From Octopus vulgaris (lineage: Eukaryota), in contig OX597830.1 in assembly GCA_951406725.2 (NCBI GenBank), positions 47,864,001 through 47,928,000 of the forward strand: DNA of 64,000 bases, read 5' to 3'. Shown piece by piece: positions 52,330 to 64,000 of this stretch. Within the stretch, counting starts at the first letter, position 1. Every line of letters begins with the position of its first letter. Both the position numbers and the translations under genes were made by a program. Below the pieces are notes generated by a model. The model was given only the letters and a program-made list of their open reading frames with translations. It did not search any database and had not been told where the DNA came from.

Positions 52330-52795
52330 CGATGACTGGCAACCGTGCTAGCGGGGTGCAAAGAACACCATACGAGTGTGATCATTGACAGAATGGCTAA
52401 CCGGCTTCAGAGCCAGTGGCACTTAAAAGGCACCATTCAAGCGGGATCGTTACCAGCATTGCCTTACTGGCACTCAAGCCCCGTGCTAGTAGGGCATTAA
52501 GAGCACCATCCGAGCATGATCGTTACCAGCATCGCCTTACTGGTACCTGTGTTAGTGGCATGTATAAAAGATTCGAGCGAGGTCATTGCCAGTACCGCCT
52601 GACTGGCCCCATGCTGATGGCATTTAAAGCACCCACTACACTCTCGGAGTGGTTGGCGTTAAGAAGGGCATCCAGCTGTAGAAACTCTGCCAGATCAAGA
52701 TTGAAGCCTGGTGCAGCCATCTGGTTCGCCAGCCCTCAGTCATTCATCCAACCCATGCTAGCATGGAAAGTGGATGTTAAATGATGATGATGACG
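52330..52795 (+). mobile_element. RTE 3' UTR with tandem units and tail
   Basis: 3' half nearly identical to 21330-21609. Confidence 0.85.
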
Positions 52796-54161
52796 ATTTG
52801 AAAGGAAAGACAATTCCTTGCGATAAGTATTTAATTCCATCAGTTTACATTCAGAGTTCAAATCCTTCTAGATTCAATTTTATCCTTCATTCCTTCTGGT
52901 TCAACAAAATATATATTCCAGTGTAAGGTTAAATCCAGGATCTGTGAAAGCTAACGAGTCTTCTGTTTCAGCAACCATCAGTCTGAAGGAAACTTCAAGA
53001 AACGTTAATGAGTGTGATTGCAGAGAGAAGCGGAAAGTGTAATGTCTCAGGTGTTGCCTTTCAATGTATAGTTACAGAAAGATTGTAGCAGTGGTGGGGC
53101 TGTTGGTTGTAAGGTAAGAACATTAGTTGAAAACACTTGGCACAAAGCCAGCACTTTCAGGTGAGTGGGTAGAAGGGGAGAGATCAATTACATTGACCCC
53201 AGTGTTCACCTGGTACTTATTTTATCGACCCTGAAAGATTAAAAGGCAAAGTTGACCTCAATGGTATTTGAACTCAGAACACAAAGATGGCATAAATGCT
53301 GCTAAGCATTTTGCCATCTTTGTTACTGATTCTAGCTGGTCACTCACTGCCGGAGTAAGCAAAGGATGCAGGAGACATGATGAAGGAGAGTTGTGGGGTG
53401 TGATGTGTGGAGCAGCAAAAGAAATGGATGGAGGTGTTGAGGGAGAGGAGACTACTGTAAGAGGGGTTAAAATATGAAAGCAAGGAATCAGAGAAAGAGA
53501 GAGAGAGAGAGAGAGGGTGAGAGAGAGAGAAGCAGACAGAAAGAGACCAGGTAAGAGACAATGGACAGCAACAGGATGCTGGTCAGAATTTTATGAAAAT
53601 AGCATGTTCTGACGTAGGTGGAGCAATAGTCAGGTGAATATAGAGAAAGACATTAACGATCACACACACACACACACACAGTGATAGGAGGAACTGTTTC
53701 AAAACATCAGCAAATACAAAAAGAAACACACCCAGCAATAAAAGCAGCCACAGATACAGAAACTAAGCCATATATACACCTATATAAACAACTGCATGGG
53801 TGAAGAAGCAAGCAAGTACATGAAGGATGGGAGCGAAGGGGATGGGTCAGTTTCTGTATTTAGAACATTCTACTGAACATCCTGTTGCTGTTCATTTTTT
53901 TTTTCTTTCCTTTTTTGTTTTTTTGGTTGTTTGTTTCCTTTCTCCCAGCTCACTTTCATTTATGACCCTCTCACACTACTCCTTTACCCCTCTGCACTCC
54001 CTCCTTCACCTGTTTTACTCTACCTGTCACTACCCTACGAACCTTTTTTTTTTTTTTTGTCTCTGTGTCTTCTTTCTGCAATCAGTGCCAACAGCCAAGT
54101 AAACTGTTTTCCAGGTGTGGCTGTGTGGCTAATAAACTTGTACCTGTGACTAAAAAAACAG

Positions 54162-54875
<714 letters not shown>

Positions 54876-54879
54876 GGCT

Positions 54880-56330
54880 TTCTTTCATTATAACTTTCAG
54901 CTGCCTTAGTACTGGGCATCCTCCGGAGGCCAAGAGTATCAAGGGCACTTTTGTTTTGCTATGCATGCTAAAGATATCCCCACATTTATTCCATTTTAGA
55001 TGGAGAGTGCTCTCCGTAGTCTATGGGCTGGACCCATCAAGGTTATCTTTTGTAGTTCATGGAGATTGGAGTTACCAGGAGTTGCTTAATATACTTCTCG
55101 GCTATCTTCTTTATCATTCCCAATGCACCAGTTACTACTGGTATTATTGTAGTACTAAGCTTCCACATTTTTGTGATTTCAATTTGCTGATTTTTACAGT
55201 GCGAAAGCTTTTCATATTCTCTTCTTGAGACATTTTAATCTTGTGGGACTGACATATCTATTAACAGACAAGTTCCTCTGTTGTAGTCCTTGATTACAAT
55301 GTCTGGCTTATTGGAGTTAGTTTTCCTGTCCCTTTGTATTGGGAAGTTCCAAAGGATGGTGATGCCCTCGCCATTTACTACATCTTCTGGATGGTGCCTA
55401 TTGCAACCATAGCTGATGCCAGTGTTGCATGTCCAGCCCATTTAAGAGTACCCCTGATGTGTCGGGTGATATGATATGCTCAAGAGGACCTGTTGAGTCA
55501 AGTAAAACCAAAATCATAGCTGTGACCAGTGCCCCTAGACTGGCTCCTGTTCCGCTGGCATGAACAATGCATCATCCAAATGTGGTCGATGCCAGTGTCT
55601 CCTGACTGGTTCCCGTGCTAGTGGCACATAAAAAGCACCACCCGAATGTGGCTGATGCCAGTACCCACTGACTGGCTCCTGTGCCAGTGACACGTAAAAA
55701 GCACTATCCAAATGTGATTGATGCCAGGACTGCCAGACTGGCCTCCATGCTGGTGGGGCACACCATCCAAACATGGCCAATGCCAGTACCACCTGACTGG
55801 CTCCTGTGCCAGGGGCATGTAAAAAGCACTATCCGAACATAATCAATACCAGGCTCACCTGACTGGTTCCTGTGCCAGTGGCACATAAAAAGCACCCACT
55901 ACACTCTCAGAGTGTTTGGTGTGGAAGGGCATCCAGCTGTAGAAACATTGCCAGATCAGATTGGAGCCTGGTGCAGCAACTGGCTCTCCAGACCTCAGTC
56001 AAACCGTCCAACCCATGTCAGCATAGAAAATGGACGTTAAACGATGATGATTATGCTGATTACAAGCATTCAAGTGGATGTACTGCCCTAGTCTGTCATG
56101 TCTTATGAGGTACTCCTTTACAGTGAGGACCGGGCAGCTGGAAACAAACATGATCAATTGTCTCTGTGAATTTTCCGCAAATTCTGCACGAACGATCAGA
56201 TCCGTCTTTAAGGACGTTTGCATGGTAGTTTCTGGTAGATAAGCTCTGATCTTGCACTGCAATAATAAAACCTTCTGTTTCTCCTTTCAAATCTGTCCCT
56301 TGCAGTCATTCATGTTAGGTTTTGATCAAT
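54880..56330 (-). mobile_element. R4/Dong-like LINE 3' part (Zn knuckle and PD-(D/E)xK endonuclease), split by an RTE tail
   Basis: ETEGFIIAVQDQ, CRICGK..ETIDHV..SCP, RHD, NKPDIV...LIDMSVP, IPVVTGALG; ends in (TAA)n. Confidence 0.88.
55420..56053 (+). mobile_element. RTE 3' UTR with ~6 tandem units, nested in the R4-like LINE
   Basis: GTGCCAGTGGCAC.TAAAAAGCAC units at ~65-bp period, then tail. Confidence 0.85.
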
Positions 56331-57123
56331 ATCCAGTTAAAGACTTTTTCACTTCCCAAGCGTTATACTAATACATCTATTTGTTGACTACACCACCTGT
56401 CTTCATCTTTTTTTTTGTGAATTCTCCCTCCCCCATATATATATATATATATATGACGGGCTTCTTTCAGTTTCCGTCTATCCACTCACAGGGTCTTGGT
56501 CGGCTCGAGGCAATAGTAGAAGACAATTTCCCAAGGTGTCACACAGTGGGACTGAACCCAGAACCATGTGGTTGGGAAGCCTGCTTCTTTCCACACAGCC
56601 ACGCCTGCGTCTATTGCTGATGCTGTTACTGTTGTCATTAATATTATTTTCAGTTCTGCAGTTATGGCAGTAATACTTAAGTTGCCTCTCAATATATATC
56701 TCTTGGCTTATTGCCGTTGTTGTTGTTGTTGTTATCATTAATAAGGATTTTTATATTGTTACTGCTTTTATTATTGTTGTTGTTGTTGCTGCTGGTCTTG
56801 TTTCTATTGTTTCTTCATTCCACATTATTGATTAGAATTCTCACCTCATTGTTGTTGAAATAACAATAAGCATCAATAAGTTATTGTTGCTGCTGATATT
56901 AGGTGGTTGTAGGGGTGGGTTAGGGTTATGCGAGGGTACGTTTTTGTTGGAGGTCATCTATGGTTATCTGAGGTCATCAGTTGGATTTGATCTCAAGTTA
57001 TGTGTCAAATTAGATTTGATCTAAGGTCATGTGTTGAATTAAATTTGATTTCAGAACAGATTTTCAAACCAAGATGCATTGTAGCCAGCTTACACCAGCT
57101 ACTTAAAGCACACACACATTATG

Positions 57124-57175
<52 letters not shown>

Positions 57176-57278
57176 CATATGTAGTATATATATATGTATA
57201 ACATATATATGTATATATATATGTATAGATCGTTAGCCACTACACACATTTTTTTCTCTCCTTGTTTTTTCTGTGTCC

Positions 57279-57314
57279 CTTTCTGTAGAAGAGCGTAGGT
57301 TCGAAACGTAAAAT
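57279..57314 (+). ncRNA. Minimal hammerhead-like motif, A6U variant
   Basis: UUU-CUGUAGA-A-GAGC-guag-GUUC-GAAACGUA-AAA. Confidence 0.55.
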
Positions 57315-57413
57315 ACTTTTTCTATTCCTGAGCGTTATACTAATACATCTGTTTGTTTTGTACACTCTCGAAACTCTCCCTATATATGTATGTATATATG
57401 TATGTATAATATG

Positions 57414-57479
<66 letters not shown>

Positions 57480-57568
57480 GTATATATATATGTATATATA
57501 TGTATATATATATGTATAGATCGTTAGCCACTACACACATTTTTTCTCTCCTTGTTTTTTCTGTGTCC

Positions 57569-57604
57569 CTTTCTGTAGAAGAGCGTAGGTTCGAAACGTA
57601 AAAT
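57569..57604 (+). ncRNA. Second copy of the A6U hammerhead-like motif
   Basis: Identical to 57279-57314. Confidence 0.55.
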
Positions 57605-57734
57605 ACTTTTTCTATTCCTGAGCGTTATACTAATACATCTGTTTGTTTTGTACACTCTCGTAAACTCTCCCTATATATGTATGTATATATGTATGTATAA
57701 TATGTATGTATATATATATATATATATATATCAC

Positions 57735-58033
57735 GTGATCACGTGACCGACCAGTCAATCGGATGTAGTTACACATCGCTGGTCACAGTGCGTTCGCATT
57801 GTTTTAGCCTTCGAATGACGCCACCCTGCTGGCTAAGCAAGCAGGCCAACAGAAGAAAGAGTGGGAAAAAGAGTGGTGAAAGAGTACAGCAGGGATCATC
57901 ACCCCCTGCAGGAGCCTCGTAGAACTTTTAGGTGTTTTCGCTCAATAAACACTCACAACGCCCGGTCTGGGAATCGAAACCGCGATCCTACGACTGCGAG
58001 TCCGCTGCCCTAACCACTGGGCCATTGCGCCTC
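57735..58033 (-). mobile_element. SINE family 3
   Basis: GAGGCGCAATGGCCCAGTGGTTAGGGCAGCGGACTCGCAG head. Confidence 0.87.
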
Positions 58034-58085
<52 letters not shown>

Positions 58086-58200
58086 AATATATTTATATAA
58101 ACATACATATATACATACATATATATGTATATATAAATATATATATATATACACACACACACATATATATATATAAATATATTTATATAAACATACATAT

Positions 58201-58283
<83 letters not shown>

Positions 58284-58330
58284 TATATATATAAATATAT
58301 TTATATAAACATACATATATACATACATAT

Positions 58331-58402
<72 letters not shown>

Positions 58403-58430
58403 TATATATATAGAGAGAGAGAGAGAGAGA

Positions 58431-58586
58431 GTAGAAAAACAACCAACAACTGATGAAGGGTCGTCCTTTTGCTGTTTGTTTTGTTTTCCATTCGTGTCTT
58501 TCGTCGCTCGAAAAAATAGTTCATATTCCATATACTCGTACTTCGTATTTTTTGTTGTACACGTTTCATGGCGTCCTGTGCCCTCA

Positions 58587-58592
<6 letters not shown>
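58431..58592 (+). mobile_element. Subfamily B repeat, 5'-truncated within the permuted hammerhead
   Basis: AAAAACAACCAACAA-CTGATGA-AGGGT; collinear with the reverse complement of 930-1095. Confidence 0.7.
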
Positions 58593-58642
<50 letters not shown>

Positions 58643-58729
58643 CAGCTTAGAGAAGGAGAAGAAACACGAAACGAAACCAACGGAATCGAATCGAATCGAC
58701 GCGAAGGCGCTCAGTCATACAATAGTGTA

Positions 58730-59300
58730 ATAAATAAAATATATGCATACATACAAACATATATGTACGTACCTACATCTACATGTATATATACATGCAT
58801 ATATAAATATATATACGTGTGTACAGGACACCACAAATAGACGTAGAACTCAACGAGAAACGAAAACGTAAAAACAGCATGGAACGGACCATTCCTTTAA
58901 CAACGAAAAAACAGAGTACAAGACAACTACACAAGGAAAAATCCCCTTCATCAGCCGTCCCTAGTTCAACTCCAGCGTGTTTCGAAGGTGAGGACAGAAC
59001 ACGTCTCGTCGAACTAGTCCTTCCTGCGAAAGAATTAAATAATATTCCTTTGCAGAGGAGTAAAAACAAGGAAAAAAATGTGACAAAAACAGAACGTAAA
59101 AACAATACAATTAAAAACAAATACAAAATAAAAATACAATTACAAGAAATACAGTACAAGAAGGAATAGAAACAGGACAGGAAAACAAATAAAGAGGGCC
59201 TATAAGCCTAGACGAGGAAAAAAACTTTTTCAGGAGCGCAGGAAGACACATGTTTACTTGAATAAGGCCACCGGCGAAAGGAAGTTCGTAGACCCGGCTG
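58730..59300 (-). mobile_element. Subfamily A non-coding element
   Basis: Collinear with 46115-46690. Confidence 0.8.
58943..59017 (-). ncRNA. Non-circularly permuted hammerhead-like RNA (best-preserved copy)
   Basis: CUAGUUCGAC-gaga-CGUGU-U-CUGUCC-ucac-CUUC-GAAACACG-cugga-GUUGAACUAG-GGACGG-CUGAUGA-A-GGGG. Confidence 0.7.
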
Positions 59301-59591
59301 TATATATATATATATATATATTTATAGATGCGAACGCTACGCATCCTCTTCCAAGTAAGTATTATATATCTATATCTATACACATACACACACACATATA
59401 TATAACGTACACACACACGAGCTATGATCAATAAGTCTCTGGATACGATTCCGTATTACTGCTGTTTACATCTTGCTTAGAGATTTAATATAGCTTATTT
59501 CTCCTTTTTTGAGACCATCGACGGTTCATCGCTGGAAAAAGCATATAGGATTTTGTGAGTGGGGTGATTTTTCATCACTAGCTGATGATTA

Positions 59592-59638
59592 ACACACACT
59601 GAGAACGGGTAACCACCCAGAAACTCAAGTCCGTGTGT
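59592..59638 (+). ncRNA. Type I hammerhead-like motif (G8A, probably inactive)
   Basis: ACACACa-CUGAGAA-c-GGGU-aacc-ACCC-a-GAAACUCAAGU-C-cGUGUGU. Confidence 0.55.
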
Positions 59639-59833
59639 ATCACGTAAGGCTAGGGATGGGACCGATGACCTCCCCTCGCAAATACTAATTGGACACAGCC
59701 CGTTGGATGAGATGTCTTTCTGGGGCTATAAACGTGAGAAGCACTGTTCCATATAGGACGCCACACTTGGTTGGCTACGATATATATATATATATATATA
59801 CACTCATTTATAGACACACACACACACGCACGC

Positions 59834-59866
<33 letters not shown>

Positions 59867-60274
59867 TTATCTGAAATGTATAGTATTATATATGCATCAT
59901 AGCTGATCTTACCTATCAGTTTCACACAAGGAATACAACGGAGTGTTAGGTAATAACCCGATTGTATTACCTTATGCTCATCAAGGTTAGCCGATATGGA
60001 AAGCAATATGGTGACTGCTCTCTATTGTCAGAGGTAAATGATCACAAATGGTTTGCATTTGGTTTGAAAAGATGGTGAAACAGAAAAGAGCAAGGGATTA
60101 GGTTAGAAGTTTATGTCCCTTGGTTAGACTTGCTGTAAAGCTGGTAAGGGTTATCTTGCAGTGTTTGTGATAAATGTGTGCGCTATTCAGTGTGATGCTC
60201 CTGTGGGAATGAGCGTGTGGTATGTGTAGTGATGTCATATGTAAAGTTTTCTTTTTCCAGTGGTGTAATGTATA

Positions 60275-60334
<60 letters not shown>

Positions 60335-60390
60335 CTTTAATTGTTCCACCTCTTTGCGTTGTTGTCTTTTTTGTTTTCTTGTTTGGATTA

Positions 60391-60465
<75 letters not shown>

Positions 60466-60948
60466 GGATGGATATATGCATATGTTATAACTTTCAGTCA
60501 GAAGAGAAGGCAGTACCCATGACCCATGGCTTTTTACAGGGCTTCGAAGACAAGTAGAAAGTAGGGAATGGAGAGGGATAGGGGACCAGTCCTGAAAGCT
60601 TGCAAGAATATCTACTGGATTGAGGAATAATTCATGAGCATTTTTCAGAAATAAAACGCATTGGCAAAATGTTTATTTAAAGGAGAATTTTTTGCTCTTC
60701 AAGACAGTGTTTTTTTAAAATTTTATTGATTTTTGTGTATTTTCAGATCATTAAAATGGAATGTCAATTTTGCTGCTATTTCTAGCAGGCTGAAAGGCCA
60801 CGTTAGCATCCTCCAATATTATGAATTTATGATAAAATATTTGTTATGAAAGAAAAGAACCAAAATAAATTGAATATACTAGTGTTTGGTGTATTTTAAA
60901 AGAGCCAAATTACTCTATGATGTTCTCAGTCTTATTGTTATTCTATAG

Positions 60949-61110
60949 ATTTTCTCAAGAAACAACAATGGCCAGCAACTGTTGTATTTTCAGCCCAAAC
61001 AGAGCCGACTTGGCGTCTCCAACACAGAAATCAGTCAATGGATTAAGGAATCAATCAGTCGATTAAACAATATTAATAAACTATGTTTAAAATATGTTGG
61101 TTTGTCATAA
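60949..61110 (+). CDS. Candidate terminal exon, unknown protein
   Basis: cttattgttattctatag| then 53 open codons IFSRNNNGQQLLYFQPKQSRLGVSNTEISQWIKES...*; no homology recognised. Confidence 0.25.
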   Translation: MFSRNNNGQQLLYFQPKQSRLGVSNTEISQWIKESISRLNNINKLCLKYVGLS

Positions 61111-62910
61111 AGGAGAAAAGAATATCCAAAGTTTTAGCCAAAGAATGAGGAAATGTTTTAAACACGAAAAGGCTGATCCTTTTCAGATTCCATTGGTTGA
61201 GAGAATTTGTGTTGCTTTTTCGTTTTTTCCATTGCAATAAAACCATCGAAATCCTTCGCTCCACACCCTTCTGCTAGAGAGGATGCTGGTCCATCATAGA
61301 TGGATTTTTCTCTCTGCCTCAGGAACTGAACCCGCCACTTTTAGCCAAAACTCTAGAATTTGTCAATACCACAGTGTTGAACTACGGTTCTTAACAGTAA
61401 ATTTTGGTCCTCACTAAATGACCGAGGACATAGCCAGAGATTAGTGGTCTGCACTGCTGGGAACGGGCAGTGTGTGTGTGTGTGTGTGTGTGACAGGAGG
61501 ATAGAACGTAAGGTGAGAGGGTACATGGTAGAGGTGGTGGTGAGAGGATACATTGTAGATGAGGTGGCAGGGCATGATGTAGATGCAGGGATGGTGACTG
61601 TGAGGATATCATCACATAGTGATGAGACAAAACAGGATGCAATGAAGTGCTACTAGGGAGCGGATACGTTGTAGAGGTTATGAGCAAAGAACACACAGCG
61701 AAGGTAGCGGTGGCGGCGGTGGTGGTGGTGGCAGAATACCATCCACTGACTCTTTGGCTGCTGCTCCCCCCCTACCCCGGTTCCCTATTGATTTGTCTAT
61801 CTGCAATCTCTAGAATATAAGATAAATGGTCTATAAATATATAAAAATGTTACAAGACGAAAGAAACAAAAGCAGATTTAAAAGGGAAAAAGGTTGAGAT
61901 AAGAAAGAAGCAAAGGAGAAACTATCAAGAAGAATTCTTTAGAGTTTTCCGTCGGTTTGTATTGTTTTTTTATTTTATTATATTTTCTTTTTCTTTAATG
62001 CTATATTTTTTTTGTTAATGTTTAATTTTGTTCAAACATAAAAATCAAAATCAGATAAAAATGGAAAGGAATAGTTTGGGTATATTGGCGGAGGTTGGTG
62101 GGTGGGAACAATAGAATTAAATGTTAGATATTTAGTTTGGTGAGAAGGCTGGTTGCCAACTTTTGGAAGAGGAACAGTCTTTTTATAATAAGTGTAAGAT
62201 AACATTAAGCAGCCAGACGAGGAGATTGCAGTTAATTTAGAGCCGTTTTCGTTTTCATAGTCTTTTATTTATTCGGTCTTCAAAAGAACAGACCAGAAAT
62301 CGAATGAGCTGACTGTGTGCAGCATCCGAGAGCAATTGTGTGTGTGTGTGTGTGCGTGTGTGTGTGCGTGCGTGTGCGTATGTGTGTGTGCGGTTGCGAA
62401 TGTTTGCGCTATGTTGACCAGCTCACCCTTCAGCCACCCGCAGATACCATTTATGATTCCGGTGTTATATGATGTGTAGTGAATCTTGCATGCATGAAGT
62501 GGATTCGATCCACCACAGCCAAATTTAAATTAACACTGCTACAGAACTTTTCCCACGATGGAACAATGTTTTTTCTCTGACAGCAGTTTTACATCTTCCG
62601 GATGCCTTTAGCTAGGCCGAAATAATGTCTTCACCACTTGACCCTTTCTAACCTCTTCTACATCACCAAAAGCTAGAATAGAGATAACAAGACCACCAAC
62701 TAAATCTGTTGTTCTCAATGATATATCTATCCTTCTGGTATATATACCATATATATACGTTAAGCTTCACTTAATGTATGTTATGTATTATATATATATA
62801 TGTATTTTGTTTTGAATATTTTATTGTAAAATGACGTATTTTTATATATATTTATATTTTCTTATAAGATAATATACGTACATTTATTTAATTATTTTAT
62901 TGTTTTTATC

Positions 62911-62992
62911 TTAGACCTGATGAGTAACTATATTTAAATTGAATTGATTTTATTGTTATCAATTTGAAAATATAGCCACGAAACATGTGTAG
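62911..62992 (+). ncRNA. Degenerate hammerhead-like motif with long stem II
   Basis: CUGAUGA-GU..CUAUAUUU...AAAUAUAG..AC-GAAACAUGU; stem I and cleavage site degraded. Confidence 0.4.
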
Positions 62993-63158
62993 TGTATTTA
63001 CTAATTATATACTATTTATTTATTATTTCGGACTTTATTTAATTCTAGGTAAATGTTTTATCATATCTTCAATTTTTTTCTATATGGTATGATTTAAGTA
63101 TATCATTGTTGAATTGCTACATGGAGGTCTTTCTCTAATTTATATACATGTATCATAA

Positions 63159-63227
<69 letters not shown>

Positions 63228-63247
63228 GTGTGTGTGTGTGTATGTAT

Positions 63248-63294
<47 letters not shown>

Positions 63295-63399
63295 CTGAAG
63301 GATTGAACTTAAAATTAATCAAAGCACATAATGAGTATGTTTGCCTGCTGGAAATAATAGTAAAAACTCTTATTTAAATCGCCAAAATACACTGATGAT

Positions 63400-64000
63400 A
63401 ACTAAAGAAATCAACCGAAAGCAGATCAGGTTAATAAAATCTAACGTACATTCAAGTATTTGGACTCACACGAACCGGTTTCTGCACTGGCAAAAAATCG
63501 ACTTCGCTTTTTCAGCACTCGTTACCAGCGGTGAACAGAAGAAAGAAGAGAATGCAGATAGTGAAACTATGGCATATAGTCTCAAGCAAAATAACACGAA
63601 ACTGAGGCAGAGTGGTTAAAGACACTCAAAGAGTCCAGTGGAAAGTATCAGCAGGAGGATTTGAGAATAACCGAGGGGATGATTAGAGATCAGTGCAGGA
63701 GAATTCCTAACTGGAAAGCCCTTGGCCCAGGTGGGGTTCAGGGCTTTTGGCTTAAAAATTTGACAGCTCTACACAGGAGGATTGCGAGACAGATGGATGA
63801 AATACTGAATGGTGACATCCAAGTACCGGCCTGGACGACAAAAGGAAGAACGGTACTATGCCAGAAGGACCCAAGTAAAGGGAACGTGGTTGGAAATTTC
63901 CGACCAATATCTTGTTTGCAACTGATGTGGAAGCTGATGATGGGCACCATATCAAACAGCATCTATAAATATCTAGATGAGAATGAAAAATGGAACAAAA
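63400..64000 (+). mobile_element. R4/Dong-like LINE RT N-terminal part, runs off the window
   Basis: PNWKALGPGGVQGFWLK, GRTVLCQKD, NFRPISCL..MWKL. Confidence 0.85.

Larger units (their letters stand above)
57228..57730 (+). repeat. Two tandem 290-bp units, each with a hammerhead-like motif (retrozyme/pLTR-like)
   Basis: GATCGTTAGCCACTACAC starts at ~57228 and ~57519. Confidence 0.85.

Noticed and set aside
56945-57055. Repeated AGGTCA nuclear-receptor half-sites
   Set aside because: Degenerate minisatellite-like spacing; no independent evidence of regulatory function.

Overview
AT-rich, microsatellite-saturated animal DNA, inferred to be octopus/coleoid from its SINE families, RTE tails and cephalopod-like 5S sequence. 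Almost all long ORFs in the track are microsatellite artefacts. Host coding sequence is sparse: a probable first exon of leishmanolysin-like peptidase/invadolysin (29256-29615, -), a coiled-coil exon resembling CFAP53/trichoplein-family proteins (38796-38963, -) and a few weaker exon candidates. The rest is transposon debris: RTE LINEs and their 3' tails, R4/Dong-like LINEs beside (TAA)n, a Ty3/Gypsy pol relic, Tc1 and mariner elements, TTAA-flanked MITEs and three tRNA-SINE families. The main signal is RNA structure. About 14 hammerhead-ribozyme-like motifs sit in small non-coding repeats. One set, in two related subfamilies, has the three hammerhead strands in a non-circularly permuted, pseudoknotted order with compensatory base changes. 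Also present are a tRNA-headed element ending in a hammerhead and a 5S rRNA/RTE-tail chimera inserted as one unit. All structures were paired by eye; no folding or database search was run, and repeat boundaries are approximate.
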